From assembly GCA_037200965.1 (NCBI GenBank), contig JBBCGK010000001.1, positions 128,001-192,000 on the forward strand: DNA of 64,000 bases, read 5' to 3'. Numbering within the stretch: position 1 is the first letter of the stretch; each line of letters begins with the position of its first letter. Positions 46,816-56,448 of the stretch are shown here, piece after piece. The translations under genes and the position numbers were made by a program. The notes under the pieces were generated by a model. It was not told where the DNA came from. It saw only the letters and a list, made by a program, of their open reading frames with translations, and did not search any database. This DNA comes from a bacterium. Lineage in GTDB: Bacteria > Patescibacteriota > Minisyncoccia > Phycocordibacterales > Phycocordibacteraceae.

Positions 46816-47803
46816 TAATTGCAACAGCTCTTTTGGGTTCCACACTCTCTGGATATGGCACATACCCAGATTGGGCCAGGAGACTGGCCGGTGATTGCCC
46901 GCATGCTGCGGGCAGGACACGCGATCCGAGAGATCGCACGTACGCTTGAGAAGGATGCAGGATCGATCTCTCGTCATGTGAACGAATACGGCGGACGTGA
47001 GGGATATGATGTACGCGAAGTACGCAGAAAGAAGAAGCTGAAACGCATTGCTGCAATGGACAGTATTCGCGTGCTCAAGGGTGCGCTCTTGCGCACGGTG
47101 GTGCGTATGCTCAAAGACCACCACTCTCCTGAGCAAATTGAAGGGGTGACGGGTGCAGTCTCCGCCAGCACCATATACCGATATATTGAGGAGCGTGCTC
47201 CGCACCTGAAGCAGTTCCTCAGATCATCCAAAGGCAAATACCGTCGCAGGCGCGGTACCAAAATACGCGAGAAGGCTCGTGAAGCGGCCAAGAAGCAGCG
47301 TATTGATGACCGTCCAACGATTATTGAACGACGAAGCCGGCTCGGCGACTGGGAGGGCGATACGGTGCAAGGCAGCGACAAGCGAGTCCGCATTGTCACC
47401 TTTGTGGATCGCAGGAGCGGATACCTGGTTGCATACTTGTTGCCCAAGATGCGCGCCGAGCTCCTCACGTCGCTTGCGCTCGCACGCTTCCGTCATATTC
47501 CGCGTGCCAAACGCAAGACCATCACGCTCGACAACGGTCCAGAATTTGCCGACTGGAAGCGACTCGGGAAGAAGAGCGGGGCAACCGTGTACTTCGCATA
47601 CCCGCACCGTCCTTGGGAGCGTGGTACCAACGAGAATACCAACGGACTCCTGCGTCAGTACTTTCCTCGTTCGCTCAACTTCAACCTGATCACCCCTGAG
47701 GAGCTGGCGCATGTGGTGAAGAAGCTCAATGACCGGCCGCGCAAGCGTCTGAAATTCGAATCACCGCGCTCGATATTTCTGAGGAAGTGAGTGTTGCAGT
47801 TAG
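46816..47803 (+). mobile_element. IS30-family insertion sequence (~1 kb)
   Basis: Transposase flanked by imperfect inverted repeats: AATTGCAACAGCTC at ~46817-46830 and GAGTGTTGCAGTT at ~47790-47802. Confidence 0.6.
46855..47790 (+). CDS. IS30-family DDE transposase
   Basis: N-terminal HTH; DDE region (WEGDTV...DNGPEF...NENTNGLLRQYFPR) typical of IS30. Confidence 0.8.
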   Translation: MAHTQIGPGDWPVIARMLRAGHAIREIARTLEKDAGSISRHVNEYGGREGYDVREVRRKKKLKRIAAMDSIRVLKGALLRTVVRMLKDHHSPEQIEGVTGAVSASTIYRYIEERAPHLKQFLRSSKGKYRRRRGTKIREKAREAAKKQRIDDRPTIIERRSRLGDWEGDTVQGSDKRVRIVTFVDRRSGYLVAYLLPKMRAELLTSLALARFRHIPRAKRKTITLDNGPEFADWKRLGKKSGATVYFAYPHRPWERGTNENTNGLLRQYFPRSLNFNLITPEELAHVVKKLNDRPRKRLKFESPRSIFLRK

Positions 47804-47925
47804 AGTGGGGTTCAGGCGGCAGTCGATTGACATAATCCGATATGTAGTCCAAAGTCTCGCATGGAAGAGCCCGTGTTCGCGATAACGCGGACACGTCTTG
47901 AAAACAACCAAGAAGGAAGAAGCTG

Positions 47926-49281
47926 ATGGAAAACACGATACTCTATTTCCTGCCCTCACGGGTCGCGAAGAGCATCCCCGATCTCGGAGATGACGTCACG
48001 CTCGGCCCTGAAATGATCTTCAAGGCCGATGACGGATTCTTCGTGCGCGGACACGTGCTCGGTGGTCCCGCAAGCGGCATTCTCAGGCTGCTTCGGGAAG
48101 CCGATCTCACGTCCTGCGGCTCAAGCGCCGCAGACGGCGCACCCGTCGTTATCGTCTCGCGCAAAGCGGACGAAAACGATATCCTCATCACGCATCATCA
48201 GACCGGCGAAAACACGCCGGAGTCGGAACTCTACCCGGTGCTGCTTAACAGCTCCAGAGACGCGCTCATGCGCTTCGCCGCCTATACGGGGCTCGTTCCC
48301 CGGATGCACTTCAGGGCGACGCGCGTTTGCGAACCGTTCGCCGAAGGCGACGATTCCACGATCCACTTCATCGTCGGCGCAAGCCCGCCGGGAGCGATAT
48401 CCGAGCTCGACCGCCGGGACCTGTGCGGCGTGCGTCTGCATCCAAGCGGCCTGTACCGGACTACGAACGGCCCGACGCACGGGCGGGGCTTCCTCATCAA
48501 GGACGAACACGACCAGTTGTGCGCGCAAGTGCTAGACCGGAACGTGTTCCTCTTTACGCCGCGCCTTACTCTCGAGACGTCGGCGCTGTTTTCTTCCGAA
48601 GGGGGCGACCTCCTTCTGAAGATACTCCGCCTTGTTTCGAAGGCCTTGGCCGAAGACCGGAAAGCCGAGACTGAGATATCTCTCGATTCGGCCGAGGCAT
48701 ATGGACAACACGCCTTCGCCAGCATGATCGCCAGCAATAAAGACGTTCTCGCGGCTATCAAGAATGCCGAGAGCGAGATCGAACGGTTACGTACCAGGTA
48801 TCATGAAGCGCTCGCGACACATCGGCACTACATCGCCACCCTTGCGATGGGGAGCGCCATTCTTGAAGGCATGGTGCAGGAAAATGCGGAAAGCGACTGG
48901 AAACGGCTTTCGTCCAATCCGCTCGTCGAGGGGCTATCTGTCCTTGACGGGGCGCTTCATGTGCGGACGAAACCGATTATCGGCATACACGAAGGGCGCC
49001 GCTATGACTATGGGCCCTTCATGATCCGAATGCACTTCCGAGGAACAATCTCGATCTGGGCGCTCGCGCCCACGCATCCCCGCAAACTCCATCACCCGCA
49101 TATCTCGGAACGGAGTTCGCCGTGCTTCGGGAACGCGGGACTGTATATCGAGGAAGCCCTCGAATCGTTTCGGGTCGCCGATGCGCTCGAGCTCGTGCTC
49201 GAGTGGCTCGTGTCCGGGTATGATCCGGCGCTGGCAAGCGTAAAGATCGAAGAGTGGCCTCTCTATCAGGAGGCCGCGTGA
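47926..49281 (+). CDS. protein with C-terminal E2/UBC-like domain (HPH-x7-C motif) and ~340-aa N-terminal region of unknown function
   Basis: LHHPHISERSSPCFGNAGLY matches the HPN-x7-Cys active-site spacing of UBC folds. Following LVLEWLVSGYDPALA resembles the UBC helix-2/PNPDDP region. Stop overlaps the E1 start (TGATG). Confidence 0.5.
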   Translation: MENTILYFLPSRVAKSIPDLGDDVTLGPEMIFKADDGFFVRGHVLGGPASGILRLLREADLTSCGSSAADGAPVVIVSRKADENDILITHHQTGENTPESELYPVLLNSSRDALMRFAAYTGLVPRMHFRATRVCEPFAEGDDSTIHFIVGASPPGAISELDRRDLCGVRLHPSGLYRTTNGPTHGRGFLIKDEHDQLCAQVLDRNVFLFTPRLTLETSALFSSEGGDLLLKILRLVSKALAEDRKAETEISLDSAEAYGQHAFASMIASNKDVLAAIKNAESEIERLRTRYHEALATHRHYIATLAMGSAILEGMVQENAESDWKRLSSNPLVEGLSVLDGALHVRTKPIIGIHEGRRYDYGPFMIRMHFRGTISIWALAPTHPRKLHHPHISERSSPCFGNAGLYIEEALESFRVADALELVLEWLVSGYDPALASVKIEEWPLYQEAA

Positions 49282-49934
49282 TGGGCGCGCTCAATCATTC
49301 GCACCAAGTCAGAATCTTCGATCCGGCCAATGCCCGCAAGACCGTCGTCTTCGGCGTCGGTGCGGTAGGCAGCTGGCTTGTCGAATTTCTCGTCCGGATG
49401 GGCGTGAAGGATATCGAGGTCTGGGACGATGACTTTGTCGCCTCGGACAACCTGCCGTATTCGCGGTACCTGCCGAAGCACCTCCAGATGTATAAAGTGG
49501 ATGCGCTCCGGCAGATACTGGCCGAACTCGGCGTGGAGCTTGCCGTACACCGGGAGCGCTACGTCGGGCAGGTGGAATACCGCAACGTCTCGGTCGTCTC
49601 GTGCGTTGACGACATGATCCCGCGAAACACTATCTGGGACATGGTGAAGCGGCAGAGGATCTCGATCGATCTCTTCTGCGACACCCGTATGGCAGGGGCG
49701 TACGTTGAAGCCTTTGCCATCGCGCCGTGCGATCCGAAGGATGTGCGGCGATACGAAGCAATGCTGTTCCCGAACGAGGAAGCAATTCTTCAAGCGTGCG
49801 GGAATCACAACATCGCCTACGCAGCAAGCCGTGCGGCCGGGATTGTGGCGGCAAACCTGACACAGTTCTGGTCTCACGGCACGAAAGAGTGGCTCCGCCG
49901 CGAGCGTTGTGATACGCTCAAAGTGGTCCCGTAA
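49281..49934 (+). CDS. E1-like ThiF/MoeB-family adenylyltransferase (minimal, 217 aa)
   Basis: Rossmann motif VVFGVGAVGSWLVEFLVRMGV...DDDFVASDNL; AGGAGG RBS upstream. Confidence 0.7.
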   Translation: MGALNHSHQVRIFDPANARKTVVFGVGAVGSWLVEFLVRMGVKDIEVWDDDFVASDNLPYSRYLPKHLQMYKVDALRQILAELGVELAVHRERYVGQVEYRNVSVVSCVDDMIPRNTIWDMVKRQRISIDLFCDTRMAGAYVEAFAIAPCDPKDVRRYEAMLFPNEEAILQACGNHNIAYAASRAAGIVAANLTQFWSHGTKEWLRRERCDTLKVVP

Positions 49935-49967
49935 CCATCAGCCGCCAAACGAGAAGGAGATATTCTC

Positions 49968-50198
49968 ATGGCAAACACCACCGTGACCGTCAAGGTCACT
50001 CCCGCCGGGGGAGATGCCTCGGAACAGTCCGTCGAAATCGAAGCGACCGGCGCACCCGTCAGTGCGGTTCTGGAGAAGGCGGGCATCAAGTACGACCCGA
50101 CCCAGCAGATCATGGTCGACGGCGAGCCGGCCGATCAGCGCACCCACGTTCCGGCAGGCGGCGTGGTATCCATGACCGAAAAGGTGCGCGGTTCCTAA
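49968..50198 (+). CDS. small beta-grasp (ThiS/MoaD/ubiquitin-like) protein ending ...VRGS
   Basis: 76 aa; pattern TVKV...VSAVLEKAGI...QIMVDGEPAD...VPAGGVVSMTEKVRGS resembles ThiS/MoaD but has a single Gly before the terminal Ser. Confidence 0.5.
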   Translation: MANTTVTVKVTPAGGDASEQSVEIEATGAPVSAVLEKAGIKYDPTQQIMVDGEPADQRTHVPAGGVVSMTEKVRGS

Positions 50199-50225
50199 AC
50201 ACTTCGCGCTCAGTGCAAGACAAGG

Positions 50226-50262
50226 CCGTCCGGTAACCCCGGGCGGCCTTTTGCTTTTTATT
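50226..50262 (+). terminator. rho-independent terminator after the Ubl gene
   Basis: GGCCGTCCGG-TAAC-CCCGGGCGGCC followed by TTTTGCTTTTTATT. Confidence 0.65.
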
Positions 50263-50296
50263 GCATATACAGAAAGCACGATATCATCCGGAAGAT

Positions 50297-51460
50297 ATGC
50301 TCCGCGTTCTCATCGCCGACTATAAAAACGCCGATATCTCGGCAGAGATACCCTACCTGTTCAAGAAGGCGGGCTGCGAGGTCGATGTGTATTGCAGAAA
50401 AGGTTCCTGGCTTTTAAAGAACCGCTCATGGGACAGGTGGCACGAGGCAGCGAGCGACCCTGCCGAATATGCAAAGGGCCTTATAGCCCGAGTTGAGAAC
50501 GCCTCGTACGACTGGATTATCCTTACGGACGACCCGGTGCTGAGGATCATGAACGACAGGATCGGCGACGATTCGGCGGCACTCAAGATATTGCCCGTTG
50601 CAAAGCTTGCGAACAGGAATGTGATCGGCTCGAAAGCCGCACTTTCGCTTCTCTGCGAGAAATACCAACTCCGAACTCCTCCGTTCGCGATATATAACGA
50701 GGGAGACGATCTGTCCGCCCTCACGGCAACGGTCGGGTATCCGCTCCTTCTTAAGGTCGACCGGAGCGGCGGCGGGAGCGGCGTATTCCGCTGTATCGAT
50801 GAATCCAAGCTCGCGGAAACACTCCGCCTCCTCGCTCCCGATCAGAGAAAGAATCTCGTATTCCAGAAATACATCGAAGGAGACAACATCGGCGTCGACG
50901 CGCTGTACCGAAAAGGAACGCTGCTCGCCTATGCCCGCTCGAAGGTCGTGCGAACGGTGACGGACGAATTCAGCATTTCTTCGGTGCGTTCGTACGCGCC
51001 GGATGAAACCATCGAACCCGAACTGCGGCGCATAGGGGAAGAGATCGGGATCGACGGCTTTTGTAATTTCACGTTCATGCAGGAGGGAAGGACGGGAACG
51101 TACTACCTCATCGAAGCCGACCTGCGCCCGCACGCCTGGTTCTCCCTCGCGCGCCTCGGCGGCGTCGACTTCTCACTTGCCATACGCAACTACTTGTCCG
51201 GTTCAAATACGCTTATAGGGCAGCCTTGCGCGGCGGAAGTCGAGATCCGGCACTTCTTCAGGGATTTCAATTGGTCGGTCGAGCGGGGGGACTGGCGCGG
51301 CATTCTCATGTGGATCTTCAATAGAGACGGCCGATGGAAATTCGTTCCGCTTCATGACCGGCGGATCTTTTTTGCGACGCTGGGGCAGCTTGCCAGGAAC
51401 CGCCTGCGAAGCCTGCACCGCCTCCTACATGTATCCTTCATGAAGCGCCTGCTAGGGTAG
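50297..51460 (+). CDS. ATP-grasp domain protein
   Basis: GYPLLLKVDRSGGGSGVFRC and downstream E/D-rich Mg-binding region. Start chosen at MLRVLIAD (the track ORF begins 36 nt earlier). Confidence 0.65.
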   Translation: MLRVLIADYKNADISAEIPYLFKKAGCEVDVYCRKGSWLLKNRSWDRWHEAASDPAEYAKGLIARVENASYDWIILTDDPVLRIMNDRIGDDSAALKILPVAKLANRNVIGSKAALSLLCEKYQLRTPPFAIYNEGDDLSALTATVGYPLLLKVDRSGGGSGVFRCIDESKLAETLRLLAPDQRKNLVFQKYIEGDNIGVDALYRKGTLLAYARSKVVRTVTDEFSISSVRSYAPDETIEPELRRIGEEIGIDGFCNFTFMQEGRTGTYYLIEADLRPHAWFSLARLGGVDFSLAIRNYLSGSNTLIGQPCAAEVEIRHFFRDFNWSVERGDWRGILMWIFNRDGRWKFVPLHDRRIFFATLGQLARNRLRSLHRLLHVSFMKRLLG

Positions 51461-51490
51461 GGAAGCAAGGTTTTATAATACTTAATCATC

Positions 51491-52261
51491 ATGCCGGAAT
51501 TCGAGCAGCTCGCGAAGAACGTCGCGCATGAGGCGGGGGCCGTGATGCTGAGGCATTTCGGCCTCAGTGTCGCGCATACGTTCAAGGCCGACCGCAGCCC
51601 CCTTACCCGAGCCGATCGCGAGATAAACGACCTGGTCCTGAAGCGCATCGGCGAGGCGTACCCGGAGCACAGCCTGATCGGAGAAGAAGGAAGCCGAATT
51701 ACCGGAAGCGAGTTCTCCTGGATATTCGATCCCGTGGACGGCACGCAGAACTTCCTGCGCGGGGTGCCGGTAAACGTGTTTTCGATCGCGCTCGCGAAAG
51801 ACGGGAAGCCGATCCTCGGCGTCGTCTATGATCCGCACCAGAAGCGGCTCTATCGGGCAACAAAAGGAGGCGGCGCGTACCTTAACGACGAACCGATCAG
51901 GACCGCTTCCCACACTGAACTCGCCGGAAGCTTCATAGAAGCGGACGGCTTGCGCGAATTCAAGGACATGAATTTCATCGAAACGCTCACGAAAGAAAAA
52001 GCGCGTTTCCTTTCATACGGATCGACCACGTACGCGCAGATGCTCGTCGCGAGCGGGCAGATCGACGCGGCCATCTTCCCGCTTCCGGGACGCCCCTGGG
52101 ACTCGGCGGCGGCGAAGATAATCGTCGAGGAGGCGGGCGGTATCGTCACCGATCTGCAAGGAAAAGAGCAGCGCTACGACATGAATATCGGCGGTACCGT
52201 TTCGGCGGGGAACCGGGAACTCCACGAACGATTGCTTCGCGTTGTTGCGGGTTCGCTCTGA
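51491..52261 (+). CDS. inositol monophosphatase family protein (SuhB-like)
   Basis: LIGEE and WIFDPVDGTQNF motifs. Confidence 0.8.
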   Translation: MPEFEQLAKNVAHEAGAVMLRHFGLSVAHTFKADRSPLTRADREINDLVLKRIGEAYPEHSLIGEEGSRITGSEFSWIFDPVDGTQNFLRGVPVNVFSIALAKDGKPILGVVYDPHQKRLYRATKGGGAYLNDEPIRTASHTELAGSFIEADGLREFKDMNFIETLTKEKARFLSYGSTTYAQMLVASGQIDAAIFPLPGRPWDSAAAKIIVEEAGGIVTDLQGKEQRYDMNIGGTVSAGNRELHERLLRVVAGSL

Positions 52262-52279
52262 TGGGGCTATAAGAGCTGC

Positions 52280-54283
52280 ATGAGAAACGACTTCGCCATA
52301 CTGTACGGAAAGCGGTGGTGGGCGGCAGCCGCGCTTTTTCTCTCGTATGCGGCGGCGCTCCTGTTTCTGGATCCCACGACCTCCGGCCCCGGCGCGCTTT
52401 CTCCGGTATCGGGAATCGCGATCAGCATCCTGTTCTTCGAAGGAGGGGCTTTGTGGCCGATCATCTATATCGCGGCGTTTGCGGCAGGAGTACTGCAGGG
52501 CTGGCCCGCCCTGACCCTTCTTTTCCTCCCCGCCGCATTCGCGCTTGAGGCACTCCTTGCCGCGGCGCTTCTCCAGAAAGCGGAGATCGATCCGCTCTTC
52601 AGGAGCAAGCGGGACGTCCTCTGGCTTTTCGCCACGATCGCGCTCGTTTCCTGCATCGTCCCCTCGGTCGAAGGGCTCCTCGCGCTGCCCGCCTTTACCC
52701 ACCACGGGTACTGGATAGTCTCGCCGCTTGCGTCCTGGGCGCTTTCGTACGCCGGTACCGCGTGTTCGCTCGCGCTCATCACGCCCTTCGTGCTCAGGTG
52801 GCTCGCGAAGCCCCGCTTCAGCCGGCCGTGGCGGGAAATGATCGAAACTGTCGCTGCGCTCCTGCTCCTCGTCGGCATATCGGCGGCGGCGTTCCTCTTC
52901 GGTTTCGATACCGCTGGCGGCGTACCGCTCGCGTATTTCCTTCTCATACCACTCTCGTGGCTCGCGCTTCGCATGCGGCCGCGGTTCGTGAGCCTGGCGC
53001 TTCTCTTCGTTGCGGTATTCGCGCTTTCGGGCACGTTCGCTGGCACTTCGGGCACGACCCTCCTTACGACCGAACTCTTCCTCACGGCCCTCTCGGGCGT
53101 CTTTCTCGTCATAGCGGCGCTTGAGGAAGAACGCCGCCTCCACTCGAACCTGACGCGCTCGCAGGTCGCGACGCTTGAGAACGTCGTCGCCCGCGTCTCG
53201 TCGGAATCGAGGGCGAAGAACGACTTCATCGCCGTGCTCGCGCACGAACTCCGCAATCCGCTCGCTCCGATCCAGAGCGGCATCGATCTCCTCAAGCTCA
53301 CGAGCAAGGGCAGCGACGAACAGGAAACCCTTTCCATGATGGACGGAAGGATGGCGACCATCCGGCGGCTGCTCGACGACTTGCTCGACGTCTCGCGCAT
53401 CTCGGAAGGAAAGATGAGCGTGAAGAAGGAGCGGGTCGACCTTGGCGCGATCATCCGCAGGGCGACCCTTTCGACCGCGCATTATTTCGACGAGCGGCAC
53501 CAGACGCTCACCATAGCCCTTCCGGCGGAACGGCTCAGCATCGAGGGAGATCCGGTCCGCCTCGAGCAGATCTTCTCGAACCTCTTTACGAACGCGTCCA
53601 AATACTCAAGGAGCGGAGGCACCATTTCGATAACCCTGTCGCTTCTCAATAACGAGGCGGAAATACGCGTGGTCGACGACGGGATCGGCATCGAGAAGCA
53701 CGAGCTTGAGGCGATCTTCACGCCCTTCCACCAGGCGAACCAGGGCGTGCGGAGCCGCATGGGCCTTGGCATCGGCCTCGCGCTCGTGCGCAGCCTCGCC
53801 GAGATGCATGGCGGCAGCGTGGCCGCACGAAGCGACGGGCGCGGAAAAGGAAGCACGTTCGTCGTGCGCCTTCCCCTTGACCAGGCGCTTGCTTCAGAGG
53901 CACCGCAAAAGGACGCGCCGTCCAAGCGGGACATACGCGTGCTCGTCGTTGACGATAACGACGCTGCCGCGTGGGGTATCGGGAAAGTGCTCGAGATGCG
54001 CGGCGCGGCCGTCGACTATGCCTATGACGGAAAGCAGGCGCTTGAGAAAGTCGCAAGCCTTCCCCCGCGGGCCATCCTCCTTGATATCGGGCTTCCGGGC
54101 GAAGACGGCTATGCGATCGGGAAGAAACTCCGGTCCGGGGGCTTCGTCGGCAAGCTTATCGCCCTTATCGGCTACGGCGAAAGCGAAGACCGCCGCCGGG
54201 GCAGGGAGGCCGGATTCAACGAATACCTGGTGAAGCCCGCGGGCCTTGAGGATTTGAAGCGGGTAATCCCTGAATTAGGATAA
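52280..54283 (+). CDS. hybrid sensor histidine kinase (multi-TM sensor, HisKA, HATPase_c, C-terminal receiver)
   Basis: H-box FIAVLAHELRNPLAPI; N/G boxes (NLFTNASKYS, DDGIGI, GLGIGLALVRS); receiver VLVVDDNDAA...LLDIGLPGEDGY. Confidence 0.85.
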   Translation: MRNDFAILYGKRWWAAAALFLSYAAALLFLDPTTSGPGALSPVSGIAISILFFEGGALWPIIYIAAFAAGVLQGWPALTLLFLPAAFALEALLAAALLQKAEIDPLFRSKRDVLWLFATIALVSCIVPSVEGLLALPAFTHHGYWIVSPLASWALSYAGTACSLALITPFVLRWLAKPRFSRPWREMIETVAALLLLVGISAAAFLFGFDTAGGVPLAYFLLIPLSWLALRMRPRFVSLALLFVAVFALSGTFAGTSGTTLLTTELFLTALSGVFLVIAALEEERRLHSNLTRSQVATLENVVARVSSESRAKNDFIAVLAHELRNPLAPIQSGIDLLKLTSKGSDEQETLSMMDGRMATIRRLLDDLLDVSRISEGKMSVKKERVDLGAIIRRATLSTAHYFDERHQTLTIALPAERLSIEGDPVRLEQIFSNLFTNASKYSRSGGTISITLSLLNNEAEIRVVDDGIGIEKHELEAIFTPFHQANQGVRSRMGLGIGLALVRSLAEMHGGSVAARSDGRGKGSTFVVRLPLDQALASEAPQKDAPSKRDIRVLVVDDNDAAAWGIGKVLEMRGAAVDYAYDGKQALEKVASLPPRAILLDIGLPGEDGYAIGKKLRSGGFVGKLIALIGYGESEDRRRGREAGFNEYLVKPAGLEDLKRVIPELG

Positions 54284-54365
54284 GACAATCAAGGTTGCAA
54301 AAGTAAAAAAGGATAGTATTGTTACGCCCGGGACTGGGGCTTCGCCCTTACGTAAGGAGCCCGTC

Positions 54366-55007
54366 ATGGACATTACGTTTATGGACGTGACGGCGCTACT
54401 CCTTGCACGAGGAGTAGACCGGGACACGTTCAATGCCAAAAGCCTCAAAACATACGACGACTTGCAGGGAGAGAACGAGAGGCACGAAGTGAGATTTATC
54501 CTTTCTCAGGACGGAAAAATCGTCTGCCTGAGGCGCAGCTCGCTCGTGCTTGCGCAAAGCCGGAAGTACCGGTATATCCAAGTCGCGTGCCTGTATCTCA
54601 AGGGCGGCGTATGGGTACCCGATACTACGGTACGGGGCTGCACCTACAGCGAGACCGCGCGCTGGGGGAAACCGGAAGATCCCCGGGACCTGGGAGAAGA
54701 CCCGGTCGACGCGGCGGTATGGGGAGCGTTTGAAGAATGCGGTGCGCGCGTAAAACGCACTGATTTCCGCCGGGCGCATCTTCGCACCTGGACAAACGAC
54801 AGCATCCTCCAAAGACCCCGTCCTTCAAGGGTATACCACGCCCTCCACAGCCTCACGATCCCGACGCTCCTCAAGATCAGTCCGGTCAAGCTCGGGCTGC
54901 GGCGGGAATGGACCGAGCTGAAGGACGGCCACGCGAAGCGAAGCATCATCCGGCGGATCCCGGTCCTGCACACAAAACAACATACCGGCTGCAACAACCT
55001 CGCGTAA
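54366..55007 (+). CDS. hypothetical protein (weak Nudix-like stretch)
   Basis: ...GEDPVDAAVWGAFEECGARV only loosely resembles a Nudix box. Confidence 0.3.
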   Translation: MDITFMDVTALLLARGVDRDTFNAKSLKTYDDLQGENERHEVRFILSQDGKIVCLRRSSLVLAQSRKYRYIQVACLYLKGGVWVPDTTVRGCTYSETARWGKPEDPRDLGEDPVDAAVWGAFEECGARVKRTDFRRAHLRTWTNDSILQRPRPSRVYHALHSLTIPTLLKISPVKLGLRREWTELKDGHAKRSIIRRIPVLHTKQHTGCNNLA

Positions 55008-55105
55008 GGAAGGGCTCCATGCCCGACTTTGCGCGGGGTTCTTCTTTTTTCCTTTGCATAATCCTGGGGTGGTGTAAACTCAAGGAATAACCACATTCAA
55101 ACGAT

Positions 55106-55531
55106 ATGAACCTTCCACACTGCAGCCGGGCGTATGAGGCATGGGTGCCGGTAGTCGCCCGGGTTATTTTCGGCGGACTCTTTCTTATGGGAGCCGCGTT
55201 CAAAATCCCGATGACGAGCGGGTTCGCGGGCGAGGCGGCGATGACGGCCGCCGCGGGCGTACCGTTTGCCACCCCCGCGGTCTTCCTGGCGTTTATCCTC
55301 GAGGTCGTGCTCGGTGTCGCGCTCATCATCGGCTGGCACGCGCGCACCGCCGGGTTTCTCCTCGCGATCTTCACCCTTATCCTCGCCCTCGTCTTCTACC
55401 GGGACTTTTCGAACCCGATGATCATGGGCCAGTTCGTCTCGCACCTGGGACTCATCGCCGGGCTTCTCTATATCTCGGTGTACGGCGCGCAGCACGTAGC
55501 GGTACGAAGGGATGTCCTTCCGCAGGGCTAA
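55106..55531 (+). CDS. DoxX-family membrane protein
   Basis: Four TM helices with a DoxX-like RIxxGxxF N-terminus. Confidence 0.65.
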   Translation: MNLPHCSRAYEAWVPVVARVIFGGLFLMGAAFKIPMTSGFAGEAAMTAAAGVPFATPAVFLAFILEVVLGVALIIGWHARTAGFLLAIFTLILALVFYRDFSNPMIMGQFVSHLGLIAGLLYISVYGAQHVAVRRDVLPQG

Positions 55532-55537
55532 CGCGCG

Positions 55538-55777
55538 ATGATCCTCTACGTAAAAACCGGGTGCCCGTACTGCGCGAAGGTGCACGCGGCCGCGCAAGAG
55601 CTTGGCATTTCGTTTGACGAAAAGAATATCGCGGACGAGGGCGTTACCGAAGAGCTTCTGGCGCTTGGCGGCAAGAAGCAGACGCCGTACCTTGTCGACA
55701 CCGACCGGGAGGTCTCGATGTATGAGTCGGACGACATTATCGGGTATCTCCGGAAGCACTACCCGGGGGCCGCATAG
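55538..55777 (+). CDS. grx: glutaredoxin
   Basis: CPYC active site, TPY motif; 79 aa. Confidence 0.8.
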   Translation: MILYVKTGCPYCAKVHAAAQELGISFDEKNIADEGVTEELLALGGKKQTPYLVDTDREVSMYESDDIIGYLRKHYPGAA

Positions 55778-55790
55778 AACGGATCAAAAG

Positions 55791-55825
55791 AAAACCCCGC
55801 GCCCATGGGCGCGGGGGTTTTCTTC
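55791..55825. terminator. bidirectional rho-independent terminator
   Basis: AAAACCCCGCGCCC-ATGG-GCGCGGGGGTTTT between convergent grx and prx genes. Confidence 0.75.
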
Positions 55826-55835
55826 TTTGCCTCCG

Positions 55836-56384
55836 CTATTTCGCTCCCCTGAGGTACGCGAGCATGGTATCCGCGTCGGAGACCGTAAACGGATCGTCCT
55901 TACAGTTATCGACCCTGCCCGGCTCGGCGAAGATCTTCTGTACGATGCCGGCCTCCACGTACATGGAGTACCGCCAGCTCCGCTCGCCAAAGCCCAGGTT
56001 TTCCTTCTTCACGAGCATGCCGACGGCGCGCGTGAATTCGGCGTTTCCGTCGGGAAGCATTTTCACTTTCGTAATGCCGAGCTTGTCCGCCCACTGCTTC
56101 ATGACGAACGCGTCGTTCACCGACAGGCAATACACCTCGTCGATGCCAAGCGCCTTGAACTCGTCGTATTTCGCCTCGAATCCCGGAGCGTGGGTGGAGG
56201 AGCAGGTGGGAGTGAAGGCGCCCGGAAGCCCGAAGACGACAACGCGCCTGCCCTTGAAAATGTCGTCGCTTGTCACGTCCTGCCAGCGGAAGGGATTCTC
56301 TCCGCCGACGGCTTCGTCGTGCACGCGGGTCTTAAAAACGACGCTTGGAACGGGGGTGCCCTCGAGTATCGGTTCTTCGCGCAT
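55836..56384 (-). CDS. peroxiredoxin (Prx5-like / AhpC-TSA)
   Basis: PGAFTPTCS peroxidatic-Cys motif. Confidence 0.85.
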   Translation of the reverse strand: MREEPILEGTPVPSVVFKTRVHDEAVGGENPFRWQDVTSDDIFKGRRVVVFGLPGAFTPTCSSTHAPGFEAKYDEFKALGIDEVYCLSVNDAFVMKQWADKLGITKVKMLPDGNAEFTRAVGMLVKKENLGFGERSWRYSMYVEAGIVQKIFAEPGRVDNCKDDPFTVSDADTMLAYLRGAK

Positions 56385-56448
56385 AGTGATCGGTATTAAT
56401 GCCTGATATGCGGGCAGTATAGCAAAACGCGGATGCCGGAGCGACCGG

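Noticed and set aside
52013-53500. 495-aa minus-strand ORF, plus 52465..53454 minus and 53706..54233 plus
   Set aside because: Antisense or off-frame to the hybrid histidine kinase, which has unambiguous H, N, G boxes; R/E-rich composition.
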